64,000 nucleotides of DNA from a virus, in IMG/VR virus record IMGVR_UViG_3300043449_001175, positions 1 to 64,000 of that record; one strand, 5' to 3'. Below are positions 51,134-61,700 of the stretch, one piece after another. How positions within the stretch are numbered: position 1 is the stretch's first letter; each line of letters begins with the position of its first letter. The notes below the pieces were generated by a model, which saw nothing but the letters and a program-made list of their open reading frames with translations, made no database searches and was not told the origin of the DNA. A program made the position numbers and the translations under genes.

Positions 51134-51254
51134 AGGTAGAATAAAGGCAGAAAATAATCTGCCCATATTATAAATAGATATGATAAAGTAAAGTTTTTCT
51201 TAATTCTGTGAATATTTATCTATAAAATAAATAAAACTGAATAACTAAAACAAA

Positions 51255-54200
51255 ATGGCAGTATCAAATAAAGTATTCGTATCTCCTGGTGTTTATACAT
51301 CAGAGAGAGACCTTAGCTTCGTAGCTCAAAGTGTGGGGGTAACCACTCTTGGTCTTGTTGGGGAGACATTAACAGGTCCGGCTTTCGAACCAATTTTTAT
51401 CACAAACTATGATGATTTTGAATCATACTTTGGCGGAACGATTCCCGAAAAATTCGTTAACACTCAAATTCCAAAATATGAGTTGGCATACATTGCAAAA
51501 TCATATCTTCAACAATCTAACCAATTATTTGTAACAAGAGTGTTAGGTTTATCAGGTTATGATGCGGGTCCGTCTTGGTCAATCACGACAATTGCCAATG
51601 TTGACGGTAGTACTGTTGGTTTAAATCCATCAACAGGTTCAACATATAGTATTAACTTTACCGGTACTACTGGTGGAACTGAAATTACATACTCGACAAC
51701 TTTCCCAAGTATTATTCAAACAGGTAATACTTACACACAATATAATGGTGGTGTATCAACAATTAATACACAATTATATAATCAAATCCAAACAATCATT
51801 AATAACTCAGGAACTACTTCGGGAGATTCAGCTTACATTTTTGGAACTGTAGCAGCGTCTGATTATGATTCGTTATTGTCAGGATATACTGCTCAGACAA
51901 ACGTTTATAATGTATCAGGACTTTCTGAGTCTGATGCGGACTTTACATCACCAAGTGATGATACTTGGTATTATGCAAACTTTGATATTACAACAGGAGA
52001 TGCTTACACAGGTTATTCTTTCTATAACGTAGTTTCATCAATCACTACCGCAGGTTCAGGTGTTTATACTGGTACAATAACAGGTAAGACTTACTCATAT
52101 TCAGGTACTGCATATGAAGGTTGGAATGACGTAGTTGTTGCAACTTTACGTTCAAGAGGTATTTCATTGTTTACAACTGACCTTCACGGTCCACAATATC
52201 AAATAACAGGAACAACTGATGTTATATTAGATAATTCAGGTTCTTACTCAGGAATTTCACAAAACCCATTTGCTCAATTTGCAATATCAGGTTATACTGA
52301 CAATGCTGAAACACCAGCTTCATTCTCATTTGTTACTTCAATGAATAGTAATGACGCTAACTATATTACTAAGGTATTTGGTATATCTAACTTTGGTAAG
52401 AATAGAGTTGAGACTCCATTGTTTGTTGAAGAACAATTCCAAACAATGTTAACATACGGTTATAATAAAGGTTACGTTAGAGGTATTAATTCATCTTTGA
52501 TTAGTTTACCAGGTTTAAGAAACCCTGTTACAACAAATACTATCGCTAACTACTTAGAACAATATAAATCACCTGAATCACCTTGGGTTGTATCACAACT
52601 TTATGGTTCAACAGTTGAGAGATTGTTTAAATTCTACTCAATTGCTGATGGTAACAGTGCAAACACTCAAATCAAAATTTCAATTCAAAACATTTCATTT
52701 AACAATTTAAGTTTTGATGTGGCGGTTCGTGATTTCTTCGATACTGATGCTAATCCAGTTATTTTGGAAAAATATACTAATTGTACTATGGACCCAACAA
52801 CAAATAACTACATTGCGGTTAAGATTGGTACTAGTGATGGTGAATACGCTTTGAATTCTAAATACATTATGTTGGAAATGGATGTTGATGCAAATCCTGA
52901 ATCAGTACCTTGTGGTTTTGAAGGATATGTAATAAGAAATTATGGTTCAGCAACTCCTCCATTCCCAGTTTATAAAGTGGCTTACAACTTCCCTGGTGAA
53001 GTAATTTATAACCCACCATTTGGTGTTGTTACTAACCCACCATTCTCTTACACAGGTTTTGATAATAAAACTGTATCAGGTGGTGACAGAGTAAGAAGTA
53101 CATATTTGGGTATTTCATCACAAATTGGTTATGACCCATTATTCTTTGAATATAAAGGTAAACAAAAACCACTTGATTTATGTGTTGAAAGTGATGCACC
53201 ATCTTGGAACTACGTAACTAAAGGTTTCCACATGGATTCAGGAGCAACTGTTGTAAGTATTGTAACAGGTCCAACATCTGGTTCACCAGCATTTGATTGT
53301 GGTGTTGCTTCATTCCAAAGAGACCCCGAAACTTCAGCAAACCCTTACTACCAAATTCAAGCAAGAAAATTCTCTTTCTTATTACAAGGTGGTTTTGACG
53401 GTTGGGATATCTACAACGAAAGTAGAACAAATACTGATAGATTTATTTTAGGTGGTACTGGTTATCAAGCGGGAGCTTGTCCAACTACAAGATATCCTAA
53501 CGCAACTGGTTGGGGAGCGTTTAAACCAATTGCAATCAGCAACTTCACTGACTTCGCAAATACTGATTACTACGCTTACTTGTTAGGTATTAACACATTC
53601 TCAAATCCTGAAGCGGTAAATATAAACGTATTTGCAACACCTGGTATTGACTATGTTAACAACTCAAACTTGGTTGAGGATTCTATTTCTATGGTAACAT
53701 TTGATAGAGCGGATTCAATTTACATTTGTACAACACCTGATACTGCGATGTTTGCACCTGTAACAAATCCAGCTGATTTCATCTACCCAACTGAAGCGGT
53801 TGACAATTTAGATAACACAGGAATTGACTCTAACTACACAGCAACTTACTACCCATGGATTTTGGTTAGAGATACTGTAAACAATACACAGATTTACATA
53901 CCACCAACAAATGAAGTTTGTAGAAACTTGGCGTTGACTGATAATATTTCATTCCCTTGGTTCGCAACTGCGGGTTACACAAGAGGTTTGGTAAATGCGG
54001 TTAAAGCACGTAAGAAACTTACACAAGAAGATAGAGATACTTTGTATCAAGGTAGAATTAACCCAATTGCAACTTTCTCTGATGTTGGAACTGTAATTTG
54101 GGGTAATAAAACATTACAAATTGCTGACACAGCACTTAACAGAATTAACGTAAGAAGATTGTTATTACAAGCTCGTAAGTTAATTTCAGCGGTGGCGGTT

Positions 54201-54449
54201 AGATTGTTGTTTGAACAAAACGATGCTAAAGTAAGACAAGATTTCTTGGATTCTGTAAACCCAATCTTGGACGCAATCAGAAGAGACAGAGGTTTATATG
54301 ACTTTAGAGTTACAGTTAGTAATTCACCTGAAGACTTAGATAGAAATACTATGACAGGTAAAATTTACTTGAAACCAACTAAAGCATTGGAATTTATCGA
54401 CATTGAGTTCTTGATAACTCCAACAGGAGCGTCATTTGAAAATATTTAA
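51255..54449 (+). CDS. tail sheath protein (gp18-like) with large insertions
   Basis: FVSPGVYTSERD, YYPW, PWFATAGYTRG, RDTLYQGRINPI, WGNKTL, RINVRRL, FEQND. Confidence 0.96.
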   Translation: MAVSNKVFVSPGVYTSERDLSFVAQSVGVTTLGLVGETLTGPAFEPIFITNYDDFESYFGGTIPEKFVNTQIPKYELAYIAKSYLQQSNQLFVTRVLGLSGYDAGPSWSITTIANVDGSTVGLNPSTGSTYSINFTGTTGGTEITYSTTFPSIIQTGNTYTQYNGGVSTINTQLYNQIQTIINNSGTTSGDSAYIFGTVAASDYDSLLSGYTAQTNVYNVSGLSESDADFTSPSDDTWYYANFDITTGDAYTGYSFYNVVSSITTAGSGVYTGTITGKTYSYSGTAYEGWNDVVVATLRSRGISLFTTDLHGPQYQITGTTDVILDNSGSYSGISQNPFAQFAISGYTDNAETPASFSFVTSMNSNDANYITKVFGISNFGKNRVETPLFVEEQFQTMLTYGYNKGYVRGINSSLISLPGLRNPVTTNTIANYLEQYKSPESPWVVSQLYGSTVERLFKFYSIADGNSANTQIKISIQNISFNNLSFDVAVRDFFDTDANPVILEKYTNCTMDPTTNNYIAVKIGTSDGEYALNSKYIMLEMDVDANPESVPCGFEGYVIRNYGSATPPFPVYKVAYNFPGEVIYNPPFGVVTNPPFSYTGFDNKTVSGGDRVRSTYLGISSQIGYDPLFFEYKGKQKPLDLCVESDAPSWNYVTKGFHMDSGATVVSIVTGPTSGSPAFDCGVASFQRDPETSANPYYQIQARKFSFLLQGGFDGWDIYNESRTNTDRFILGGTGYQAGACPTTRYPNATGWGAFKPIAISNFTDFANTDYYAYLLGINTFSNPEAVNINVFATPGIDYVNNSNLVEDSISMVTFDRADSIYICTTPDTAMFAPVTNPADFIYPTEAVDNLDNTGIDSNYTATYYPWILVRDTVNNTQIYIPPTNEVCRNLALTDNISFPWFATAGYTRGLVNAVKARKKLTQEDRDTLYQGRINPIATFSDVGTVIWGNKTLQIADTALNRINVRRLLLQARKLISAVAVRLLFEQNDAKVRQDFLDSVNPILDAIRRDRGLYDFRVTVSNSPEDLDRNTMTGKIYLKPTKALEFIDIEFLITPTGASFENI

Positions 54450-54456
54450 TATTTGA

Positions 54457-55293
54457 ATGATTAGAAAAAAAACATTAAACACCACATCGTCATTACTTGA
54501 AGGTTTTGACGATGTTGGTACGCCTGACATGAAATATTATGCCTTTGATTGGGATGATAATATCATGATGATGCCAACTAAAATTATCCTTAAAGATGAA
54601 AATGATAATGAGGTTGGTATGTCAACAGAAGATTTTGCGGAATATAGAAGTGAAATTGGTGTAAAACCATTTAATTACAAAGGTAGTACAATTGTTGGAT
54701 ATGCTGACGAACCTTTTCGTAATTTCAGAACTGGTGGTGATAAACAATTTAAAATTGATGCCATGAAAGGTAAACCAGGTCCCGCTTGGTCTGATTTTGT
54801 GGAAGCAATCAACAACGGGTCAATTTTTTCAATAATCACCGCACGTGGACACAATCCTGAAACAATTAAAGATGCTATTTATAACTTAATAGTTTCCGAC
54901 CATATGGGTATTAATAAAGATTTATTAATTAAGAATCTTAGAAAATTCCGTGACTTTACAAACATGGAAGACAAATCGGATATGGAATTAATAAAAGACT
55001 ATATGGATATGAACAAATATTATCCTGTTAGTTTTGGTACAGACGCGGGAGCTGCCAACCCCGAGGAATTAAAAGTCCAAGCAATGAAAGAATTTATTTC
55101 ATATGTAAAAGGACAGGCAAAAGAATTAGGTAAAAAATTATATGTCAAAGATGATGTAAGAAATAACTTTATTCCTAATATTGGCTTTTCAGATGATGAT
55201 TTAAAGAATGTAGAAGTAATGAAGAAGCATTTTGAAGATGAACCAGTTTTAAAGACTTATTCTACTGCTGGAGGAACTAAAACTAGATACTAA
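54457..55293 (+). CDS. HAD-superfamily phosphatase-like protein
   Basis: FDWDDN, ITARGH, GFSDDD..N motifs. Confidence 0.7.
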   Translation: MIRKKTLNTTSSLLEGFDDVGTPDMKYYAFDWDDNIMMMPTKIILKDENDNEVGMSTEDFAEYRSEIGVKPFNYKGSTIVGYADEPFRNFRTGGDKQFKIDAMKGKPGPAWSDFVEAINNGSIFSIITARGHNPETIKDAIYNLIVSDHMGINKDLLIKNLRKFRDFTNMEDKSDMELIKDYMDMNKYYPVSFGTDAGAANPEELKVQAMKEFISYVKGQAKELGKKLYVKDDVRNNFIPNIGFSDDDLKNVEVMKKHFEDEPVLKTYSTAGGTKTRY

Positions 55294-55394
55294 ACGATGA
55301 TAATTTTTAAAAAATTAAAGTAAATACAAAAATTTTCAAACAACGTGTATTTATAGATAAATAAACTAAAACAAAAAACTAAAAAGAATATACC

Positions 55395-55883
55395 ATGGCT
55401 GATTTATTAATGAAAATGCCGGTTCCTTACGAACCAAAAAGAGCGAACCGATTTATACTAAGGTTTGACACAAGTTTAGGTATTAATGAATGGTTCGTAG
55501 AATCATCAGGAAGACCAAGTATTGATATTAACCCTGTTGAGATACAATTTTTGAACACTTCTACATATGTAGCGGGTAGATTCAAATGGAATCCAATCTC
55601 AGTTAAATTCCGTGACCCAATTGGTCCATCAGCAACACAAGCTCTTATGGAGTGGGTTCGTTTACACGCTGAATCAGTTACAGGTCGTATGGGATATGCT
55701 GCGGGTTATAAAAAGAATGTTGACCTTGAAATGTTGGACCCAACAGGTGTTGTTGTGGAAAAATGGATTCTTGAGCAATGTATGATTACAAAATCCACTT
55801 GGGATAACGTATCATATAGTGATGACAAATTAGCAGGATTAGACGTTACATTACAGATGGACCGTTGTATTTTGGTTTACTAA
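55395..55883 (+). CDS. tail tube protein (gp19-like)
   Basis: EPKRANRF, AGRFKW, GYAAGYKK, LDPTG.VVEKW; follows sheath. Confidence 0.9.
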   Translation: MADLLMKMPVPYEPKRANRFILRFDTSLGINEWFVESSGRPSIDINPVEIQFLNTSTYVAGRFKWNPISVKFRDPIGPSATQALMEWVRLHAESVTGRMGYAAGYKKNVDLEMLDPTGVVVEKWILEQCMITKSTWDNVSYSDDKLAGLDVTLQMDRCILVY

Positions 55884-55931
55884 TTTTGTATTTATTTTTA
55901 TATTGATAAATTAATTTAATACGGTATATTT

Positions 55932-55962
55932 AACACAGGGTCTAATCCCTGTGTTTTTTTTT
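55932..55962 (+). terminator. intrinsic terminator after tail tube gene
   Basis: aacacaggg-tctaat-ccctgtgtt + poly-T. Confidence 0.85.
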
Positions 55963-56712
55963 ATGGACGAAAATTTATTACAATACGCACAACAAGAATT
56001 TAATTTACCACATGATGTCGTAAAATTACCATCTGAAGGTAAATTCTACAAATCAAAGAAAAAATCTGTTAAGGTTGGTTACTTAACCGCCGCTGATGAG
56101 AATATTATTATGGCTTCAAACCCTGATGATATGATTATGACATTGGTTCGTTCAAAGTTATATGAACCTGATTTAAAACCTGATGAAATGTTAAATGGTG
56201 ATATTGAAGCTATTTTAATATTTTTGAGAAATACATCGTTTGGTCCTGAATATAAAATCAGTGTTAATGACCCCGAGACAGGAAAAAGATTTGCAACTGA
56301 AGTATTGTTGGATGAATTGGATTTTAGAAAACCTTCAATTGAACCAAATGAAGATGGTACTTTCAATGTTGTACTTCCAAAATCACAAGCAACTGTCAAA
56401 TTAAAACCTTTATTGTATAAAGAGATTCAAGAAATCAACAAAGCGGCGGATGCGTATCCTGCAGGAAGAGTTGCTCCAAGAGTCACAATGAAACTTCAAA
56501 AACAAATTTTGTCTGTTAATGGTGATACAACACTATCGACAATTATCAAATTTATTGAAGGATTACCAATTATGGATTCAAAATTCATTAGAAAATTTAT
56601 TGATGAAAATGAACCAAAATTAGACCTAACCAAAACAGTTATAGCCCCGTCAGGAAACAAGGTAGATGTTGAAATCGCCTTTGGGGTTGAGTTTTTTCGG
56701 GTTTTCTTCTGA
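55963..56712 (+). CDS. baseplate hub/tail assembly chaperone (gp26-like)
   Basis: V.LPSEGKFY, LTAADENI, GD..AILIFLR..SFG, ends EFF; start probably MDEN at 55963. Confidence 0.78.
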   Translation: MDENLLQYAQQEFNLPHDVVKLPSEGKFYKSKKKSVKVGYLTAADENIIMASNPDDMIMTLVRSKLYEPDLKPDEMLNGDIEAILIFLRNTSFGPEYKISVNDPETGKRFATEVLLDELDFRKPSIEPNEDGTFNVVLPKSQATVKLKPLLYKEIQEINKAADAYPAGRVAPRVTMKLQKQILSVNGDTTLSTIIKFIEGLPIMDSKFIRKFIDENEPKLDLTKTVIAPSGNKVDVEIAFGVEFFRVFF

Positions 56713-56848
56713 TTATAGAAAATACCAACTAGACGAGTTTTTTATCATGAGCCGAGATTTACATATATCTTGGACTGATTTTCAAAAAATGCCGACATAC
56801 GCTCGTAGGTATCTTTTAGACAAATTGATAGAATCGTATCAAAAATAA
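56693..56848 (+). CDS. gp51-like small chaperone segment, possibly expressed by +1 frameshift from gp26
   Basis: SWTDFQKMPTYARRYLLDKL motif; overlaps gp26 end in +1 frame. Confidence 0.6.
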   Translation, partial: FFGFSSDYRKYQLDEFFIMSRDLHISWTDFQKMPTYARRYLLDKLIESYQK

Positions 56849-56870
56849 AAGTTATTCTATTTATTAGAAT

Positions 56871-58682
56871 ATGCAGGCAGCTACAGGAAATACGGTCTCA
56901 AGTACACAGGCGGTAATCAACGATTTAACCAGTACAATTAATAAAGGTTATGAAAATTGGTTATCAAGAACAAAAGTATTAGAATTAGAGTTTTCAAATT
57001 TTAATGCAAAACTTGCTGGTACTTTTGGTCAAACACAAATGGCCATTAGGGGTTTAAGTACTGAGTTGGCGGTTGCAACACCAAGAGTTACAGGGTTAGG
57101 AGGTTCATTAACTGATGTAACAAATATACAACAGGGTATTGCTGAGAGTTTAAAGACTAATGTTATTACTCTTGGGGAAACTGTTGGTGAATTATATGCT
57201 GCGGGTACTGCTGTAGGTATTAGTTCTTCTGAAATTGGTGACATGGTAAAAGGATTCCAAGATGCGGGAATTCAAACTGGAAATATTAGAGACAACATTC
57301 AACAATCAGTTGACATTGCAAGAAAAGTTGGTGTTAACACAAGTGCGGTATTTGGACTTGTTAGAGACAATTTAAGTAACATTAATAAATATGGTTTCGA
57401 AAATGGTGTTGCTGGATTAGCTAAAATGTCTGCACAAGCTGCGGGACTACGTATCAACATGAATGAAATTTTTGGATTTGCTGAAAGGGTGTTTAACCCC
57501 GAAGGTGCTGTAGATATGGTATCTACATTCCAAAAGTTAGGTGTAGCTGCTGGTGATTTGGCAGACCCATTTAGATTAATGTATTTGGCCTCTGAAGATA
57601 CTGCCGAATTACAGAATCAGGTTGTAAAAATGACCGAAAAGTTTACATACTTTGATGAAAAAACAAAAGAGTTTAAAGTTTTTCCAAATGCCAAACGTGA
57701 TTTAAGAGAAATTTCAAACGCTACGGGAATTGCGTATGAAGACTTAATCAAAATGTCTGAGGGTCAACAAAAGTTAAATAAGATTAGAGGTGAATTTAAA
57801 ACAACTGGTATTGATGAAGAATCAAAACAATTTATTGCTAACGTAGCCCAATACAACAAAGATAAGGGTGCCTTTACAGTTAAAATTGGTGACCAAGAAA
57901 AGACAATTTCTGAAATTAATACAAAAGACCTTGAAGAATTGAAAAAAGCTAACGAACCTGTGACTTTGGAACAATTAGCAAAAGAACAATTAAATCAAGA
58001 CCAATTAGGAAACGCACTTTTAAAACAATTAGTTGATAGTGTTGCGGCACCAATTGCTGGTTCAAGAGCCCCAAGAGAATTGAGAGAATTTGGTCGTGGA
58101 GCGACCCAAGTAGCATCAACCGCTGCAACTCAAACACTTGGTAATCAAAGAGGTGCTATAGCATCTATTGATAAATTTTATGACCAAGCAGGACAAAGTA
58201 TTTTGGATTTATTTAAAGGTGAGGGGAGTCCAACTAAAATTGCTGAAATATTTAAAACTGCGGGTATGGATGTACAATCTGGTTTTGCCAATATAAAACA
58301 ATCAATAAGTGGTATTGATTTTAAATCGGCGATTCAACCGTATGTAAGTTCGGGAAACAAAATTGCTGAGGCGGCTGACTTGGCAGTACAAGGACTTACA
58401 AAGTTAGCGACAAAAGCCACGGCTTCAGGAACAATTCCTAATAGAATCGAAGCAAATCAACCACAATCATTTATTAATCAAACAATAAAAGTTGATGATA
58501 TTAATTACAAGGGTTCAATAGATGTAAAAGTAACAAATACAAATGGAACCACCAGTAATTTAACAGATACTCAAGTGTATGATTTATTTAAAAACGAAAC
58601 ATTTATTAAACAAATTAATAAAATGATTAGTGATGGTAAGATTAGTGGTAATTATGGTTATACACCAAACAATTCAAAATAA
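56871..58682 (+). CDS. tape measure-like protein
   Basis: Helical A/G/K/Q-rich protein after tube and chaperone genes. Confidence 0.7.
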   Translation: MQAATGNTVSSTQAVINDLTSTINKGYENWLSRTKVLELEFSNFNAKLAGTFGQTQMAIRGLSTELAVATPRVTGLGGSLTDVTNIQQGIAESLKTNVITLGETVGELYAAGTAVGISSSEIGDMVKGFQDAGIQTGNIRDNIQQSVDIARKVGVNTSAVFGLVRDNLSNINKYGFENGVAGLAKMSAQAAGLRINMNEIFGFAERVFNPEGAVDMVSTFQKLGVAAGDLADPFRLMYLASEDTAELQNQVVKMTEKFTYFDEKTKEFKVFPNAKRDLREISNATGIAYEDLIKMSEGQQKLNKIRGEFKTTGIDEESKQFIANVAQYNKDKGAFTVKIGDQEKTISEINTKDLEELKKANEPVTLEQLAKEQLNQDQLGNALLKQLVDSVAAPIAGSRAPRELREFGRGATQVASTAATQTLGNQRGAIASIDKFYDQAGQSILDLFKGEGSPTKIAEIFKTAGMDVQSGFANIKQSISGIDFKSAIQPYVSSGNKIAEAADLAVQGLTKLATKATASGTIPNRIEANQPQSFINQTIKVDDINYKGSIDVKVTNTNGTTSNLTDTQVYDLFKNETFIKQINKMISDGKISGNYGYTPNNSK

Positions 58683-58737
58683 AAGAAATTATCAAATAAA
58701 AAATAGGGGTGCTTCTATTTATAGATGATACATCAAC

Positions 58738-61700
58738 ATGCCAAGTCGTTTAAGTTTTAGTGCTACGAAATTAAAAAGGGATGAGTTACTTTTAAGGAAC
58801 TTAAAACCTTACAATAAACCAGGTGTTTATACACCTGTAGGTAGTCCTGGAGTTAATGAATATATCAGAAGTGATTATTCAGTTATAGATTCCCCTGACG
58901 CATTAATTGATGCTGACCCATATGCAGACACACTATATACTAATAATGTCTTCGGACCTTTGGGTGGATACAACAAAGATATTAGTGGTTTAATTAATAC
59001 ACAACAAACATTATCAAATCAAGGTCCTTATACTCAAACACCACCATATACCGAAGCGTTACAATTATATTCAGTATCGTTTCAAAAAAGACAATACATT
59101 AAGAATGTTTATTCGCCAGGAAACCAGTACACCTATTATGATATGGGTGATGTTATTAAAGTACAAAAAAATGCTACTTATTGGGACCCACCAAGTTTTA
59201 GACCCTCATCATATTCACCATTTTCAGTTTTATTACAAGCCGACCCCGTAGGTGATAATGGTCTTGCTAGTGATGATTCAGAATTGGCTAGATTAGGTGT
59301 TAAAGGTGCAAAACAATCTTTTCAATATAGAGTTGACCAAAATGTTAGAACTCAAACATTAGGAAGAGCAAATATATTAAATGGTGTTAAAGACCCCGTT
59401 AACTTATCTTTAATTTTAGCAGGAAAACAACCTTTAATTTACAGAGATTGGAAAATTACGTCAGGTGGGGGTAATATTATATCACAAGGACAGGACATTG
59501 TTCAAAGAATTGCTGGTTTTACATTACCATTTTCACCAATACCAGGAAGTTATTACGAACAAAGAGATATTAATTCAACACAATCAGCCATCCGAGCGGC
59601 TGGTAACGGAAAACGTGGTGGATTATTTGGGTTGTTTGGTTCAAGACCAACATCACCATCACAAGTATTTTTAGATTATACAGGTTCAGGTCAAAGAGCT
59701 CAATTGACACAGAATTTGGATATGAACAGATTCCGACCACAATACAATACAGGTGGTACAGGAATTTTATCTGCTCTTGGAAATGCCATTACAGGAGCTG
59801 TTGCTAACAATGCCAGTCAAGGAACATATTATGTTGGTAGTCCTGAAAGGGAACCAGGTTATTTAACATCACCTCCTGGTGAGGTACCAATTGACCCATT
59901 TGGAGCTCAAGTATTAGCACCCGTTTACGGTCCTGATGTTTTAGGTAAAGAATACGAAGGTGTTGATAAAGACTTTAAATTTGGTTTGGCAGGAAAACCA
60001 TTTGTTGACGATGGTAGTATTGTCGGTGGATTTAGTTGGGTAAGTCAAAAGTGGGCACCAAACGCAGGAAGATATCAAAAACCTGGTGGTGATTATGGTG
60101 AACAAGACCCAGCATACCCATCAATATCAAATCAATTTACTGAAACACAATCAATAAAATATGAATACAAACCAGGTTCAATTTTAGATGATACCCAAAG
60201 ATTAATTGATTCACAACCAAACTCAGGTGCAAGATTTGGACACGTAGGTAATGCGATTGACCAAACATCAAAAGTGTTCTTTGATGGTTATAAAGAAATC
60301 ACAAAAGGTTCACAGATTATTAAGTATTCTGACGGACAAGCCAATGTTGGTATAGAATATTGTCGTGTTTTTACAAAAGATACACCATATTATACATTTA
60401 ACAATTTACAGAAAAGAGATGGAAATATTCGTAAGTTTTCATACTCTGTAATGGATTCAACCTTTAATATTAACATTGCACCTGAAAAAGGTGGTGATAG
60501 TATTGTTAATGGTAAAGTAAAAAAATACATGTTCTCAATTGAGAATTTGGCTTGGAGAACAGGATACAGAGCGGGTTATAGAGTGGATGATTTACCTGCT
60601 TGTGAAAAAGGACCTAACGGTGGTAGAGTAATGTGGTTTCCACCATATGATTTGTCATTTACTGAGGATACAAGACCTTCATTTAATGAAACAACATTCT
60701 TGGGTAGACCCGAGCCAATATATACCTATAAAAACACCTCACGTAGTGGTACATTGAAATGGAAGATGATTGTTGACCACCCGTCAATTTTGAACCTTAT
60801 AGTTAATAAGGTGTTGGCAAATGAAGGTGATAGACAAAAAGTTGATTCTATTGTTGATTCATTCTTTGCTGGTTGTAAAAAATATGATTTATATGAACTT
60901 GCAAAGATTTATAATACAGTACCATTAACTGATTTACAAGCTTGGCAGGAAATTATTACAAATCCTAACGCAACTAATGAAAACATTGTTGCCGCTTCTA
61001 AAGCTACCAATACTTCAGCAACAAACTCATTACAAGATGGGGGTACAACAGATGATGCCACAGGAAACCCAACTCTAAATGAATATAATGGTTTTGGTTT
61101 CTATTTTGATAATGATATACCAAGTCCAACTGCCGTTGCATACCAAACAACATATTCAAATTACACATCAACGTCAAATAAACAATTGTATAAAAATAAT
61201 TCAGGTGATGCACAAGTTACAACACAATTTTTTGATGGTGTGATTGAAGACAACTATAGTCAAATAAAAGAAATGGCTCAAAAAATGTATAATATTTTGA
61301 GTCAAAAACAGGCTAGTAGTATTGTTGTGACACTTGAGGCTAGTGCATCACCATCTGCACCAAAAGAATATAATGAAAAATTGGCGGCAAGAAGAGGTGA
61401 ATCAGTTATTGAATTTTTTAAAACATATAGTTTTGGTGCAAATAATAATTCGTTAGGACAATTCATTGGTTCCACACTATCATTTAATACTATTGCGAGG
61501 GGTGAAGCAACAAGTGTTACACCAAGAGGTAGACAAAGTTATAGTACTTATAATTGTTTAGATGATGCACTTAATGATGAGAAGTATACTACAAGAGCTA
61601 TGGCTTGTAGAACAGTCTTATTAAAAAATGTTGAGGTTAAACCAATTGAAAAAAATTCTGAACCAACTTCAACTGCAACTGAAAATAGTGCTGCAAACAA

